A stretch of 64,000 nt of DNA, taken from NCBI GenBank assembly GCA_041639515.1, contig JBEQCD010000001.1:27347-91346 (forward strand), in the 5' to 3' direction. The notes under the pieces were generated by a model. It saw nothing but the letters and a program-made list of their open reading frames with translations. It searched no databases and was not told the origin of the DNA. Of this stretch, positions 20,149-29,938 are shown piece after piece (the stretch's first letter is position 1; the number at the start of each line of letters is the position of its first letter). Source of the DNA: Hydrogenophilales bacterium. GTDB lineage: Bacteria > Pseudomonadota > Gammaproteobacteria > Burkholderiales > Thiobacillaceae. A program made the position numbers and the translations under genes.

Positions 20149-21087
20149 ATGACGGCGAGTATTTCCATCATCATGCCCTGCAGAAATTCAGCGGGATATC
20201 TGCCCACCAGTATTGGCAGCATCCTTGCACAAAGCAAGGTCGACTGGGAACTGATTGTTGTCGACGACGGCTCATCTGATGACCCCCATACATGGATAAA
20301 CGCACAGCAAGATCAGCGTATTCGCTTGATAAGCCAGACACAGCAAGGCGTAAGTGCTGCACGTAACAAGGGACTGCTTGAATCATCGGCCCCTTATATC
20401 GCTTTCCTCGATGCTGACGATACTTGGGAGCCCAATTTCCTACGCGTTATGCTGGATGCGCTTTTGGCCCACCCCAAAGCCGCACTTGCATACTGTGGCT
20501 GGCAAAATATTGGATTGTCTGGCCCGCAGGGAGAGCCTTTCACACCGCCGGATTATGAAAAAACCGACAAGCGACTTGCTCTATTTTCCCGCTGTCGCTG
20601 GCCCATCCACGCCGCGCTCGTCCGCCGCGACGCGATCGTACGCGCTGGTGGTTTCGACATCACCCTGACAAACGCCGAAGACTACGCACTCTGGCTACGC
20701 ATCGCACTCGACGCCCCCATTGTGCGGGTGCCGGAAGTCCTCGCTCACTATCATTTTCATGGTGCCTCGCAGGCTTCTTCGAACCGTGTGCGCGCCGCCC
20801 TGCATCACCATCGTGCACAACAGGCCTACCTGAAATCGAACCCCGAGTTCCGTGCCCAACTTGGACGGTCCCGGGTACGGCAACTTACCCTGGACCCCAT
20901 ACTGAAGCAGGCCTATGCCAGCTACTGGAAACGCGACCTCGCCACCGCCCGCACGCTGTTCAGGGTGGTCATGCAGCACGGCTATGGCACACTGCGTGAC
21001 TGGCGCTACATGCTGCCGGCCTTGCTGCCCGAGCGCTGGCATCGAACCCTCATTCAACGGCGCGACACCTACTCCGACCCAAGCTGA
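20149..21087 (+). CDS. Glycosyltransferase family 2
   Basis: SIIMPC, VVDDGSSD, FLDADD and EDYALW motifs. Confidence 0.93.
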   Translation: MTASISIIMPCRNSAGYLPTSIGSILAQSKVDWELIVVDDGSSDDPHTWINAQQDQRIRLISQTQQGVSAARNKGLLESSAPYIAFLDADDTWEPNFLRVMLDALLAHPKAALAYCGWQNIGLSGPQGEPFTPPDYEKTDKRLALFSRCRWPIHAALVRRDAIVRAGGFDITLTNAEDYALWLRIALDAPIVRVPEVLAHYHFHGASQASSNRVRAALHHHRAQQAYLKSNPEFRAQLGRSRVRQLTLDPILKQAYASYWKRDLATARTLFRVVMQHGYGTLRDWRYMLPALLPERWHRTLIQRRDTYSDPS

Positions 21088-22055
21088 TGGACGCCTTCGC
21101 CCCCAATCGCATTTCCGTCATCATGCCCTGCCACAATGCTGCCCTGTATGTGGCGGAGGCGGTGAACAGTGTGCTGACGCAAAGCTATCCCGATGTCGAA
21201 TTGATTGTGGTCGACGATGGGTCCACCGACGGTTCGGAAAGCCTCCTGACCGAACTCGCGGCCCGCAATCCCGGGCGCATGATGCTCGTGCATCAGACCA
21301 ACAATGGCCCCTACGCGGCCCGTAATGCCGGGCTCGCCCATGCACGTGGCAATTTCGTGGCATTTCTCGATGCCGATGACATCTGGCATGCCGATGCCCT
21401 CGCCAACCTGCACACGGCGCTGCTGGAAACCGACGCGGACGTGGCGTATTGCGGCTGGCAGAACATTGGGGAGCTGGCTGTCGACACCCAGCCCTACATC
21501 CCGCCGCACTATGCGGAAATAGACGCGGCCCGGGCTTTCCTCAAATCCTGCCCATGGCCTGTGAACGGGGTATTGCTCAAACGGCAGCTGGTCGACAGCT
21601 TGCGTGGCTTTTCAGAACGCCGTCCAACCGCCATGGATTACGACCTGTGGCTTCGCCTGTTGCCCTTGCAACCCACGGTGGTGCGCGTGCCAGAAGTGCT
21701 GGCGTATTACCGTCGCTACCCACGAGGCCATTCGCATATTCCGCGCTGGCGGCAAGTGTTTGACGCCATTGCCGTGCGCGAAGATTTCGCACGCCACCAC
21801 CCTGAACAGGTCCGCCATCTGCCTCGCGCGGAACGCGATCACCTCCTGTATGGCTCGCTCCTGCCGGAAGCCTACCGTTGCCACTGGCGGCGCGACACCG
21901 AATCCTCCCGGCGTCTGTTCCGGCGTGCCGCACGCAGGAGCCGCTGGCGGGCCAAGGATGCCAAGTACATCCTGGCGAGTTTTCTGCCTGCCCGTGCATT
22001 CAATGCCCTGATCAGGTTCATCGATACACGGCGCGGCATCCGGAACGTCCCCTGA
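21087..22055 (+). CDS. Glycosyltransferase family 2
   Basis: SVIMPCHN, VVDDGSTD, FLDADD and MDYDLW motifs. Confidence 0.93.
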   Translation: MDAFAPNRISVIMPCHNAALYVAEAVNSVLTQSYPDVELIVVDDGSTDGSESLLTELAARNPGRMMLVHQTNNGPYAARNAGLAHARGNFVAFLDADDIWHADALANLHTALLETDADVAYCGWQNIGELAVDTQPYIPPHYAEIDAARAFLKSCPWPVNGVLLKRQLVDSLRGFSERRPTAMDYDLWLRLLPLQPTVVRVPEVLAYYRRYPRGHSHIPRWRQVFDAIAVREDFARHHPEQVRHLPRAERDHLLYGSLLPEAYRCHWRRDTESSRRLFRRAARRSRWRAKDAKYILASFLPARAFNALIRFIDTRRGIRNVP

Positions 22056-22058
22056 ATC

Positions 22059-22994
22059 ATGTCTGCGCTCACCGTTGCCTTTTGCACATTCAATCGTGCC
22101 AGGCGCCTGGAACGCCTGGTTACCGCACTGCGCGCGCAGCACTGTCCGGTCGACTTCGACATCCTGGCTGTCAACAACAACAGCCGGGATGACACGCTGG
22201 CAACACTCGCACACTTGCAAGCCCTGCCGGGTGCACCACTGCGCTACGTGACCGAAGCTGAGCCGGGCATTGTGCCTGCCCGCAATCGGGCATTGCAGGA
22301 GGCGGCCGACAGCACCTACCTGGTCTTCATCGATGACGATGAACTCCCTCATCCTGGCCTGCTCCTGGCGGCCTACGACGCACTCGCGAACGAGGGTGCG
22401 GATTGTGTGGGCGGCAAGGTCGAAATCGATTTTCAACCGCACGGACGCCCCGCCTGGCTGGGTAACGATCTTCTTGGCTTTCTGGCAGCGGTGGACCATG
22501 GCCCCCAGGCCTTCTGGATTCGCGATGCCAGCACGCCGGTATGGACCAGCAATATTGCTTACCGCCTGTCGTATCTTCAGACACACGATCTCCGCTTCGA
22601 TGCGCGCTACAACCGCCAGGGCAACAGCGCCACCAGCCCCGGCGGGGGTGAAGATCACGTGATGCTCGCCAGACTGCTCGAATTGCAGGCACGCATCCGC
22701 TATCGCCCGGACATGTGCGTGGACCATGGCGTCGAGATCGAACGATTGAACCGGCGCTATTTCGTTCGACTGCATTACCGTGCAGGCCTGCGCAAGGGTC
22801 TGCACGAACTGCCCGCCTATACCCGGACCTGCTTGGGCGTTCCCCCCTTCCTGGTGGCGCAATCCCTCACACACAGTGCGAAAGCCCTGTTGATGCTGCT
22901 GGCCCTGCGCGACGGCTGGTTGCGGCAAGCCATGAATGCAGCGCATGCGCTCGGTTTGCTCACCGGCTACAGACAGCGCCACGAGGCGCGGTGA
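22059..22994 (+). CDS. Glycosyltransferase family 2 (ExoM-like)
   Basis: CTFNR, VNNNSRD, FIDDDE and GGED motifs. Confidence 0.9.
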   Translation: MSALTVAFCTFNRARRLERLVTALRAQHCPVDFDILAVNNNSRDDTLATLAHLQALPGAPLRYVTEAEPGIVPARNRALQEAADSTYLVFIDDDELPHPGLLLAAYDALANEGADCVGGKVEIDFQPHGRPAWLGNDLLGFLAAVDHGPQAFWIRDASTPVWTSNIAYRLSYLQTHDLRFDARYNRQGNSATSPGGGEDHVMLARLLELQARIRYRPDMCVDHGVEIERLNRRYFVRLHYRAGLRKGLHELPAYTRTCLGVPPFLVAQSLTHSAKALLMLLALRDGWLRQAMNAAHALGLLTGYRQRHEAR

Positions 22995-23659
22995 ACAGGC
23001 CCACGATCCGCATGTTCCCCTCCCGATTGAAACGACTCGTCAAACAACGGCTGCTGGAGCCGTTGCGGCGCGCGCGCTGGCAGCGTGACCTCGCCCGATG
23101 GCCAGCCACAGCAGACGGGCGGCGCTTGCTGCACATCGGCTGTGGCGAAGTGGTCGGCAAGGACTTCATCAATCTCGATGCCCGTCCGTTTCCCCACGTC
23201 CACATCGTCAGCCGCAACCTGTTCAGGTTGCAGAGAATTCCGGATCGGTCGCTGGACATGGTGTACATGTGTCATGTGCTTGAACATGTTCCGCGCAGCC
23301 AGATCATCCCTACCCTGCGCGAAATGGCACGGGTACTGAAGCCCGGCGGCATCCTGCGGCTGTCCGTACCGGATTTCGATCTCCTTCTGGCGCTCTATGA
23401 AGCCTCAGGGCAGGATCTGCGGGCCATTGCCCCCGCTCTCATGGGAGGCCAGGATTACCCCTTCAATTTTCATTACGCCGTTTTCAACCGCGCAGCACTT
23501 GCCGAAGCACTGGCAGCAAGCGGGTTGTCCGATATTCACGAATGGTTTCCGCAAGCCTGTGAATTCCATGATTTCGAGGACTGGGCGTCACGCAGGATTG
23601 AACACCAAGGCCGTGATTTCCCCATCAGCCTGAATCTCGAGGCTGTTCGCAATGCATGA
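22991..23659 (+). CDS. Class I SAM-dependent methyltransferase
   Basis: LHIGCG, CHVLEH and RVLKPGGILRLSVPD motifs; GTG start overlaps the upstream stop. Confidence 0.87.
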   Translation: MNRPTIRMFPSRLKRLVKQRLLEPLRRARWQRDLARWPATADGRRLLHIGCGEVVGKDFINLDARPFPHVHIVSRNLFRLQRIPDRSLDMVYMCHVLEHVPRSQIIPTLREMARVLKPGGILRLSVPDFDLLLALYEASGQDLRAIAPALMGGQDYPFNFHYAVFNRAALAEALAASGLSDIHEWFPQACEFHDFEDWASRRIEHQGRDFPISLNLEAVRNA

Positions 23660-24866
23660 CACGAGCATGCGCAGGGTGGCTCCCGGCACGCGCGTGGTGC
23701 TGGTTGCCCCCTATCTGGACCGGCCGGGCCACTACTCCACATTCCCCCGCGATCTCGCACACGGGTTCGAGTCCTGCGGTGTCCGGGTCGAGGTGCTCCA
23801 TCCTGCCCCGCTCACATCGGATACAGTCTCACTCCGCACCCGCTGCGCCCTGGATGAACTTCTTCAGGTCGGGAGCTGGCCGGGCAAACTTGCCAGGCGG
23901 TTTAGCCACGATCCGGTGAAACTGTCCTTGCTTTGGCTGGCAACGCAGCCGCGTACCCACCGGCCCGCACTGGTTTACTGGACCGATGTGGGCATAGCCG
24001 ACCCCGGCGCTACCTGGTGGTTGAGTCTTGCCGCATGGTTCGGGCTGACTCCGAACACCGCGTTCACGGAACATTTCACCTACAGCTGGTCAGGCCATCG
24101 CGTGGCCCGATGGCTCAAGCTGGACCGCCTGCGCCTGCATCGCCTGCACATGTTCGTCCACTCCCGCAGCCTGCTCGATCAGGTACGACAGGTCATGGGT
24201 TGGCAGCATGCCGGGCGTTATGTGCCGTGGGGCCTCCAGCCGTCTTTCCAGCAGCAGCAGGACCGGGATACCGCCAGGGCCCGGCTCTCGATCTCTCCGA
24301 CTGAGAGGGTCTTGCTCATATTTGGCATGCAGGCCATCGAGCGCAAGGCAATCGACCGCCTTGCGCTGGCGATCAGCGGCATGACCCTTCCCCGCCCCTT
24401 GACGCTGCTGTTTGCCGGTTCTCGCGTGGATGATCGTGCACACCCGTTCACCACACCGGATTTGTCTGCCCACCCCAATCTGAACTGCCGCTTCATCGAT
24501 AGCTATATTGATGAAGCCAGCATTCCGGGTTATTTCGCAGCCAGTGATGCGGTCTGGTGCAACTACGGCAGGTTCAATGGTGCCCTCGGCGTACTGGCAC
24601 AAACCATCGCCATGGGCAGAATGGCCCTGTGCAGCGACTACGGCGAAAGTGCCGCACTGTGTCAGCAATACCAGCTTGGGCTTCAATCTCCAGCAGACGA
24701 CATCCCCGCCCTGCAGGCTTGCCTGTCCCGGTTTGTCGACTTGCCGGCCGATGCCCAGGCCCGGTTCGAACTGGCCGCGTGCCGGGCCGCAGGCGAGATG
24801 ACCTGGGACCACTTCGCTCGGGAGGTTGTGTATCACACCCTTCCGAATGCCATGACCACGAATTGA
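23652..24866 (+). CDS. Divergent GT-B (family 4-like) glycosyltransferase
   Basis: N-terminal GHY; LLIFG..IERK; YFAASDAV...Y....GALGVLA resembles a GT-B C-terminal domain; overlaps the upstream gene. Confidence 0.65.
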   Translation: MHDTSMRRVAPGTRVVLVAPYLDRPGHYSTFPRDLAHGFESCGVRVEVLHPAPLTSDTVSLRTRCALDELLQVGSWPGKLARRFSHDPVKLSLLWLATQPRTHRPALVYWTDVGIADPGATWWLSLAAWFGLTPNTAFTEHFTYSWSGHRVARWLKLDRLRLHRLHMFVHSRSLLDQVRQVMGWQHAGRYVPWGLQPSFQQQQDRDTARARLSISPTERVLLIFGMQAIERKAIDRLALAISGMTLPRPLTLLFAGSRVDDRAHPFTTPDLSAHPNLNCRFIDSYIDEASIPGYFAASDAVWCNYGRFNGALGVLAQTIAMGRMALCSDYGESAALCQQYQLGLQSPADDIPALQACLSRFVDLPADAQARFELAACRAAGEMTWDHFAREVVYHTLPNAMTTN

Positions 24867-24880
24867 ACGAAATCCCCGAG

Positions 24881-25876
24881 ATGTCCACCTCTCCCCCACT
24901 CGTCAGTGTTGTCATGGCCGTTTTCAATGGAAGCGCCTATCTCGGCCAGGCCATCGAAAGCGTGCTGCGCCAAACCTGCGCCTCGTTCGAATTACTCGTG
25001 GTCGACGACTGCTCCACGGATGATTCCACAGGAATAGTGGCGCGCTATCTTGCCGACCCACGTGTGAGGCTGATACGGCGTACTGAAAACGGCGGGGTGG
25101 CGCGGGCACGCAACCAGGCACTTGAAGTGGCCCAGGGCGATTTCATCGCTTTCCTCGATCAGGACGATTACTGGTTCCCCCACAAGCTGGAAATCCAGCT
25201 TGCAGCCCTGAACGCCCATCCCGAGGTGGGATTGATGCACGCCGGATACAGCCGCATCGACCCTGCCGGACACTTGCTCGAAGCCTGGCAGGCCTTGCCG
25301 CCCGAGCGCTTCGACAACCCGCATGCCACCGTGTCCGTTGGCGATGTATTCGCCGAAATATTCATTTCGAATGACATCCAGCCCCTGACAACCGTCATCC
25401 CCCGTCATGTGATCGACACAGTCGGGGCCTTCGACCCTGAACTACCCGGCGTGGACGATTATGAATTGTGGTTGCGCATTGCCCTGCGTTACCCGGTTGG
25501 CCGCGTTGACACCATACTGGGACATTGGCGCGCGCATCCGGGACAGCAGTCGAATCGCGGTTACCGCATGCTGATGATCCGCCTCGAAGCGCTGGAACGT
25601 TTCATCACCCGCTTCCCGGATGCGAAAAAACGGGTGCCAGCTGCGGCCTTTCGCACACGCATGCATAACCACTACCGGGGAGCGGCGAACTACACCCTGT
25701 ATTACCTGCATGACTATCCGGCAGCGCACCGGCTGTTTGTGCGGGGGTTGACGTACCGCCGCCTGGATCTGGTTTCCCGTGGCAAGGCTGTCTACTGCAA
25801 ACTGCCAGAGGGTGCCCGCAATCTGTTGAAATCTACTGCCCGTCTGTTCAAATCGAAGTCACGCCGCCATCCATGA
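24881..25876 (+). CDS. Glycosyltransferase family 2
   Basis: VSVVMAVFN, VVDDCSTD, FLDQDD and DDYELW motifs. Confidence 0.93.
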   Translation: MSTSPPLVSVVMAVFNGSAYLGQAIESVLRQTCASFELLVVDDCSTDDSTGIVARYLADPRVRLIRRTENGGVARARNQALEVAQGDFIAFLDQDDYWFPHKLEIQLAALNAHPEVGLMHAGYSRIDPAGHLLEAWQALPPERFDNPHATVSVGDVFAEIFISNDIQPLTTVIPRHVIDTVGAFDPELPGVDDYELWLRIALRYPVGRVDTILGHWRAHPGQQSNRGYRMLMIRLEALERFITRFPDAKKRVPAAAFRTRMHNHYRGAANYTLYYLHDYPAAHRLFVRGLTYRRLDLVSRGKAVYCKLPEGARNLLKSTARLFKSKSRRHP

Positions 25877-26805
25877 CATCACACACTCCGCCTGCCGTCA
25901 GCTTCACCGTCAACGCCTGCAATTCGGACGCGCCCTATCTCGAGCCCACGTTGCGGCACATGATGCGCCAGCTCGACTTCCCGTTCATCGAGCGCATCGT
26001 GACCTACGATCCGGGCCGCCAGGAAGGCAAATATGCCGAGCGCATCCAGGGCACGCAGAATGCAGTCGAACAGATTCTCGACCGCCTGCTTGCCGACGGC
26101 GTGATCGACCGCGTGGATGTCGTGCCCTGGACCGACGCTGAACAGCAGCGCATCCTGTCCCGGTATTTTGGCGATGCCCGTGTGGACCTCAAGGATTTCT
26201 CGGGCGCCCCCATCTATCAGTACCTCTATGCCATGGATGCCTGCAAGGGCGACTACATTTTCCATGTCGACTCCGACATGTTGTTCCACCGCCCGCCCGG
26301 CACACCCTCCTGGATCCATACCGGACTCGATCTGCTCAGGCGCGAACCCCGTGTGATCGTGGCCACCCCGCAAGGCGGCCCGCCGCAGGCCCGCAACTGG
26401 CTGGAGCGCCTGACCGGGCATTCGTTCGAGCGTGCCCCGCGTGAGGACTGGCATCACGCCGCCTTCACCTCCACGCGCTATTTCCTCATGGACGTGGCAC
26501 GCTTTCACGCCTGCTTGCCCCTGGAACAGTCGAAGCCCGGCGAGCCGCTGGAAAACTCGCTCAGTCACACCTTCACCCGGAAGGGCTACCAGCGCTGGTC
26601 GATGAACGGCCATACCCACTGGGCCATTCACCCCTGGAAGCACGATGAAAACTACGTGCGGCATCTCGACGACCTGATCTGGGCAGTGGAAAACAACCTC
26701 TATCCGTTCGTGCGCACCGGATTCAAGTGGGACATGCGGACCGAGGGCAAGCACATCGAAGAATGGCTGGCAGTGTTGCGCAGGCATGGTCGCGGCCGTG
26801 GGTGA
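25873..26805 (+). CDS. Hypothetical protein, probable GT-A fold glycosyltransferase
   Basis: GDYIFHVDSDMLF DxD motif; coupled (ATGA) within the GT operon. Confidence 0.6.
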   Translation: MTSHTPPAVSFTVNACNSDAPYLEPTLRHMMRQLDFPFIERIVTYDPGRQEGKYAERIQGTQNAVEQILDRLLADGVIDRVDVVPWTDAEQQRILSRYFGDARVDLKDFSGAPIYQYLYAMDACKGDYIFHVDSDMLFHRPPGTPSWIHTGLDLLRREPRVIVATPQGGPPQARNWLERLTGHSFERAPREDWHHAAFTSTRYFLMDVARFHACLPLEQSKPGEPLENSLSHTFTRKGYQRWSMNGHTHWAIHPWKHDENYVRHLDDLIWAVENNLYPFVRTGFKWDMRTEGKHIEEWLAVLRRHGRGRG

Positions 26806-26806
26806 A

Positions 26807-29800
26807 ATGGCCATGCCGAACGGGCAGCTTGCTCTCGTCATTTGCACCTACAACCGCAGTGCCTCGCTGATCGAGACGCTGCGCTCGATCTACGCCTGCG
26901 GCCATGCCGGGGATGAGATCATCGACGTGCTGGTGGTGGCAAACAATTGCTCGGATGACACGATAGCCAGACTGGCCGATTTCCAGGCTGCGCACCCTGC
27001 CTCGCATCTGAGCCTCAGCTGGATCGAGGAACCCCGGGCTGGCAAATCCCATGCCCTCAATGCCGCCATCGCACATACCCGGCACGACGTGCTGTGCTTC
27101 ATCGACGACGACCAGACCGTGGAAACCGGTTTTCTGGCTGCCCTGACAGACGGATTGCGCACGCACCCCGACGACGCCATCTATTGCGGACGCATCTGGC
27201 CGGCCTGGGATGGCAGCGAGCCGGACTGGGTCCACACGGAAGGGGAATACGCCATCCCGATCCGGCCGTTTCCGGAGTTCGATCTGGGGCCGGACAGCAT
27301 GGTGCTTGCCGCCCATGCACGCCTGCCCAGTGGGGGCAATATCGCGGTGCGCCGCCAGGTATTCGAATCCATCGGGACGTTTTCAGTCGAGCTCGGCCCG
27401 ACCGGCCACAACCTTGCCGGCGGAGAAGACCACGACTTTCTCAGGCGCGCCGTCACGCAGGCATTCACCGTGCGCTATCTGCCCGCGATGCGACAGCTCC
27501 ACGCCATCGATGCCGCCCGCATGGAAACAGGCTACACACTGCGCAAGAGCTTTTCGCGTTCCCGGGCGCAGATTCTCATCCGCCGCACGCACAGGCAGCC
27601 GCAGCCGTACATGTTCAGCAAGATCATCCGGCACCTGGGCAGCGCCGTGTTCACGCTCGACCCCCGGCGGCGATTTTTCTTCCTGGTCAGACTCTCGGCC
27701 AGCCTGGGTGAACTGGCAGGCACGATCGACACCATGCGGGCGAGTGTGCCCGCCCGCCTGTCCCTCCCGCCCGACCGGGGCATGATCCAGGTCGAGTGGC
27801 TCGGCATTTTCACGCTGGCTGCCGCCCTCACCGCCTGGTTTGCAGCGGGTGACGCGCGGTGGTCCGGTTTGCTGCCCGTGATCGCCGTATCCGGCATCGG
27901 CACACTGTCCCTGCTCATCAAGTCCGTGTTCGATTTTTCGCAAACCGGCCCTCGCATTCGGGAAGAAATTCGCGTGCATTACAGGCGATACACCCTGTAT
28001 GCCTTGGGCCGGCTGACCCTCTGGGCATTCGCCCTGATGACCTTTACGGCCGGGTGCGGCGTGCTGCTGTATTTCATGACAGCGACCACATTGGGTGCCG
28101 ACTGGTCGCATGCCCTGGCCTTCCCGGCAGCGGTACTGGGTATTGCCGGTGGCTTCATGCTGCAATTCGCCCGCAAGCTCCGTTTCAATCCGGGCCTGCT
28201 CGTTGCGTCGATGCACTATCGTGCCAGCCGCCTTTACCCGCTCTGGGAAACGCTGACGCCTGGCCGCATCAACATGGCACAGCGTGGTCTGGCCGGCCTG
28301 GCCCTGCTGTTGCTCGTCCTGTCCAGTCTGGAACTGGCGCAATCCAACCAGCTGGGCGACCTGATCACCCTCTGGGCCAGCTCGCTGTTCGTTGCGGGCA
28401 CTATTGCCTGGTCGGCATGGATGCCGCAGCCGGGCACACCCCGGCGCAGCGTGACACGTCCGCAGGACAGCCCGCCCAACATCCTCATGATCGGCTCCGA
28501 CACCCTGCGCGCAGACCGTCTGGGCGCACTGGGCTACCGGCGCGCACTCACCCCCCACATCGACCGCCTGGGAGAAACCGGCAGCGTGTTCGCACAGTGC
28601 TACGTCCCCTGCGCGCGCACGGCACCCAGCCTCGTGTCCCTGTTCACCGGCACCTGGCCGCACACGCACGGCGTGCGCGACAACTTTGTGCGCGATGACG
28701 AAACCCAGCTGCGCCAGGCCACGCTCCCCGAACTGTTGAAACAGGGCGGATACCGCACGGCCGTGCTTTCGGACTGGTGCGGTGCCGACATGGGCAAGTT
28801 TTCCTTCGGCTTTGATCATGTCGACCTGCCGCAGGACCAGTGGAATCTCAAATATCTGATCCGCCAGGGCCCCAAGGACCTCAGGCTGTTCGTATCGCTG
28901 TTCACGCACAACCGCCTGGGGCGCCTGCTGCTCCCCGAGCTGTATTACCTGGGGGGCGTACCCTTGACGCAGCAGATGGGCAATCGGGCACGGCGACTGG
29001 TATCGCGGCTGGCCGAGAGCGAACAGCCGTTTTTCCTGAATGTCTTCTACTCGACCACCCACCCCCCCTTTGCATCCGAGTGGCCCTGGTATACCCGTCA
29101 TGCCGATCCCGCCTACGCCGGGGAATCAAAATTCGCCATGGCCCGCCTGACCGATCCATTCGAGATCATCCGGCGACAGGGCGCGCCCAGGGAAGAGTTC
29201 GACCTGGATCAGATCATCGATCTTTACGACGGCTGCGTTGCAGAATTCGATGATCAGGTCGGCAAGATGCTCACCCATCTGGATGAATGTGGCCTGGCAG
29301 CCCACACCCTGGTGGTGGTGTATTCGGATCACGGCATGGAGTTTTTCGAGCACGACACCTGGGGACAAGGCAACTCCGCAGTGGGCGAAGCCAGCCCGCG
29401 AATTCCACTGGTGATGCGCGACCCCAGGCTCCCGGCTCGCGGCCGGATCGACGAAGTCGTACGCTCGATCGACATCGCGCCGACTTTGCTGGCGCGTGCC
29501 GGGCTACCGGTCCCGGACAGCATGGAAGGCGTCTCGCTGGCTGGCTGCATGATGCCGGGAGGCCCTTGCCCCGAACTCGACGCCTTCAACGAAACCGGCA
29601 TCTGGATCGCCGACATTCCCGGCTTGCCAGAAGACCATCTGCGCTATCCCGACCTGCTCGAACTGATCGAAGTCCCCAACCGGGAAAGCGGCACCCTTGC
29701 CATCAAGCAGGTCTACTGCGAACGCATCCTGGCGGCCAAGGACAGGATGATCCGGCGCGGGCGCTGGAAGCTGGTTTGTCAGCCCCTGAGCACGGGATAC

Positions 29801-29938
29801 GCCACACGCCTGTTTGACCTGTCGACCGACCCAAGCTGCTGCCAGGATGTTGCCCCGCAGTATCCGGACATCACCGCGCAGTTGCTGGCAAGCCTGGACA
29901 GGCTGGCCCCTCTTCCTACACAACAGACGCAATCATGA
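26807..29938 (+). CDS. Fusion: GT2 glycosyltransferase + multi-TM domain + sulfatase-like (alkaline phosphatase superfamily) hydrolase/transferase
   Basis: N-terminal ICTYNR/FIDDD/GGED; about six hydrophobic helices; C-terminal PNILMIGSDTLRAD, RTAPSLVSLFTG, THPP and YSDHG; one continuous frame. Confidence 0.88.
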   Translation: MAMPNGQLALVICTYNRSASLIETLRSIYACGHAGDEIIDVLVVANNCSDDTIARLADFQAAHPASHLSLSWIEEPRAGKSHALNAAIAHTRHDVLCFIDDDQTVETGFLAALTDGLRTHPDDAIYCGRIWPAWDGSEPDWVHTEGEYAIPIRPFPEFDLGPDSMVLAAHARLPSGGNIAVRRQVFESIGTFSVELGPTGHNLAGGEDHDFLRRAVTQAFTVRYLPAMRQLHAIDAARMETGYTLRKSFSRSRAQILIRRTHRQPQPYMFSKIIRHLGSAVFTLDPRRRFFFLVRLSASLGELAGTIDTMRASVPARLSLPPDRGMIQVEWLGIFTLAAALTAWFAAGDARWSGLLPVIAVSGIGTLSLLIKSVFDFSQTGPRIREEIRVHYRRYTLYALGRLTLWAFALMTFTAGCGVLLYFMTATTLGADWSHALAFPAAVLGIAGGFMLQFARKLRFNPGLLVASMHYRASRLYPLWETLTPGRINMAQRGLAGLALLLLVLSSLELAQSNQLGDLITLWASSLFVAGTIAWSAWMPQPGTPRRSVTRPQDSPPNILMIGSDTLRADRLGALGYRRALTPHIDRLGETGSVFAQCYVPCARTAPSLVSLFTGTWPHTHGVRDNFVRDDETQLRQATLPELLKQGGYRTAVLSDWCGADMGKFSFGFDHVDLPQDQWNLKYLIRQGPKDLRLFVSLFTHNRLGRLLLPELYYLGGVPLTQQMGNRARRLVSRLAESEQPFFLNVFYSTTHPPFASEWPWYTRHADPAYAGESKFAMARLTDPFEIIRRQGAPREEFDLDQIIDLYDGCVAEFDDQVGKMLTHLDECGLAAHTLVVVYSDHGMEFFEHDTWGQGNSAVGEASPRIPLVMRDPRLPARGRIDEVVRSIDIAPTLLARAGLPVPDSMEGVSLAGCMMPGGPCPELDAFNETGIWIADIPGLPEDHLRYPDLLELIEVPNRESGTLAIKQVYCERILAAKDRMIRRGRWKLVCQPLSTGYATRLFDLSTDPSCCQDVAPQYPDITAQLLASLDRLAPLPTQQTQS

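Noticed and set aside
28470-29938. Calling the C-terminal domain a true arylsulfatase
   Set aside because: It lacks the C/S-x-P-x-R formylglycine motif, and no sulfatase-maturation gene is present in the window.
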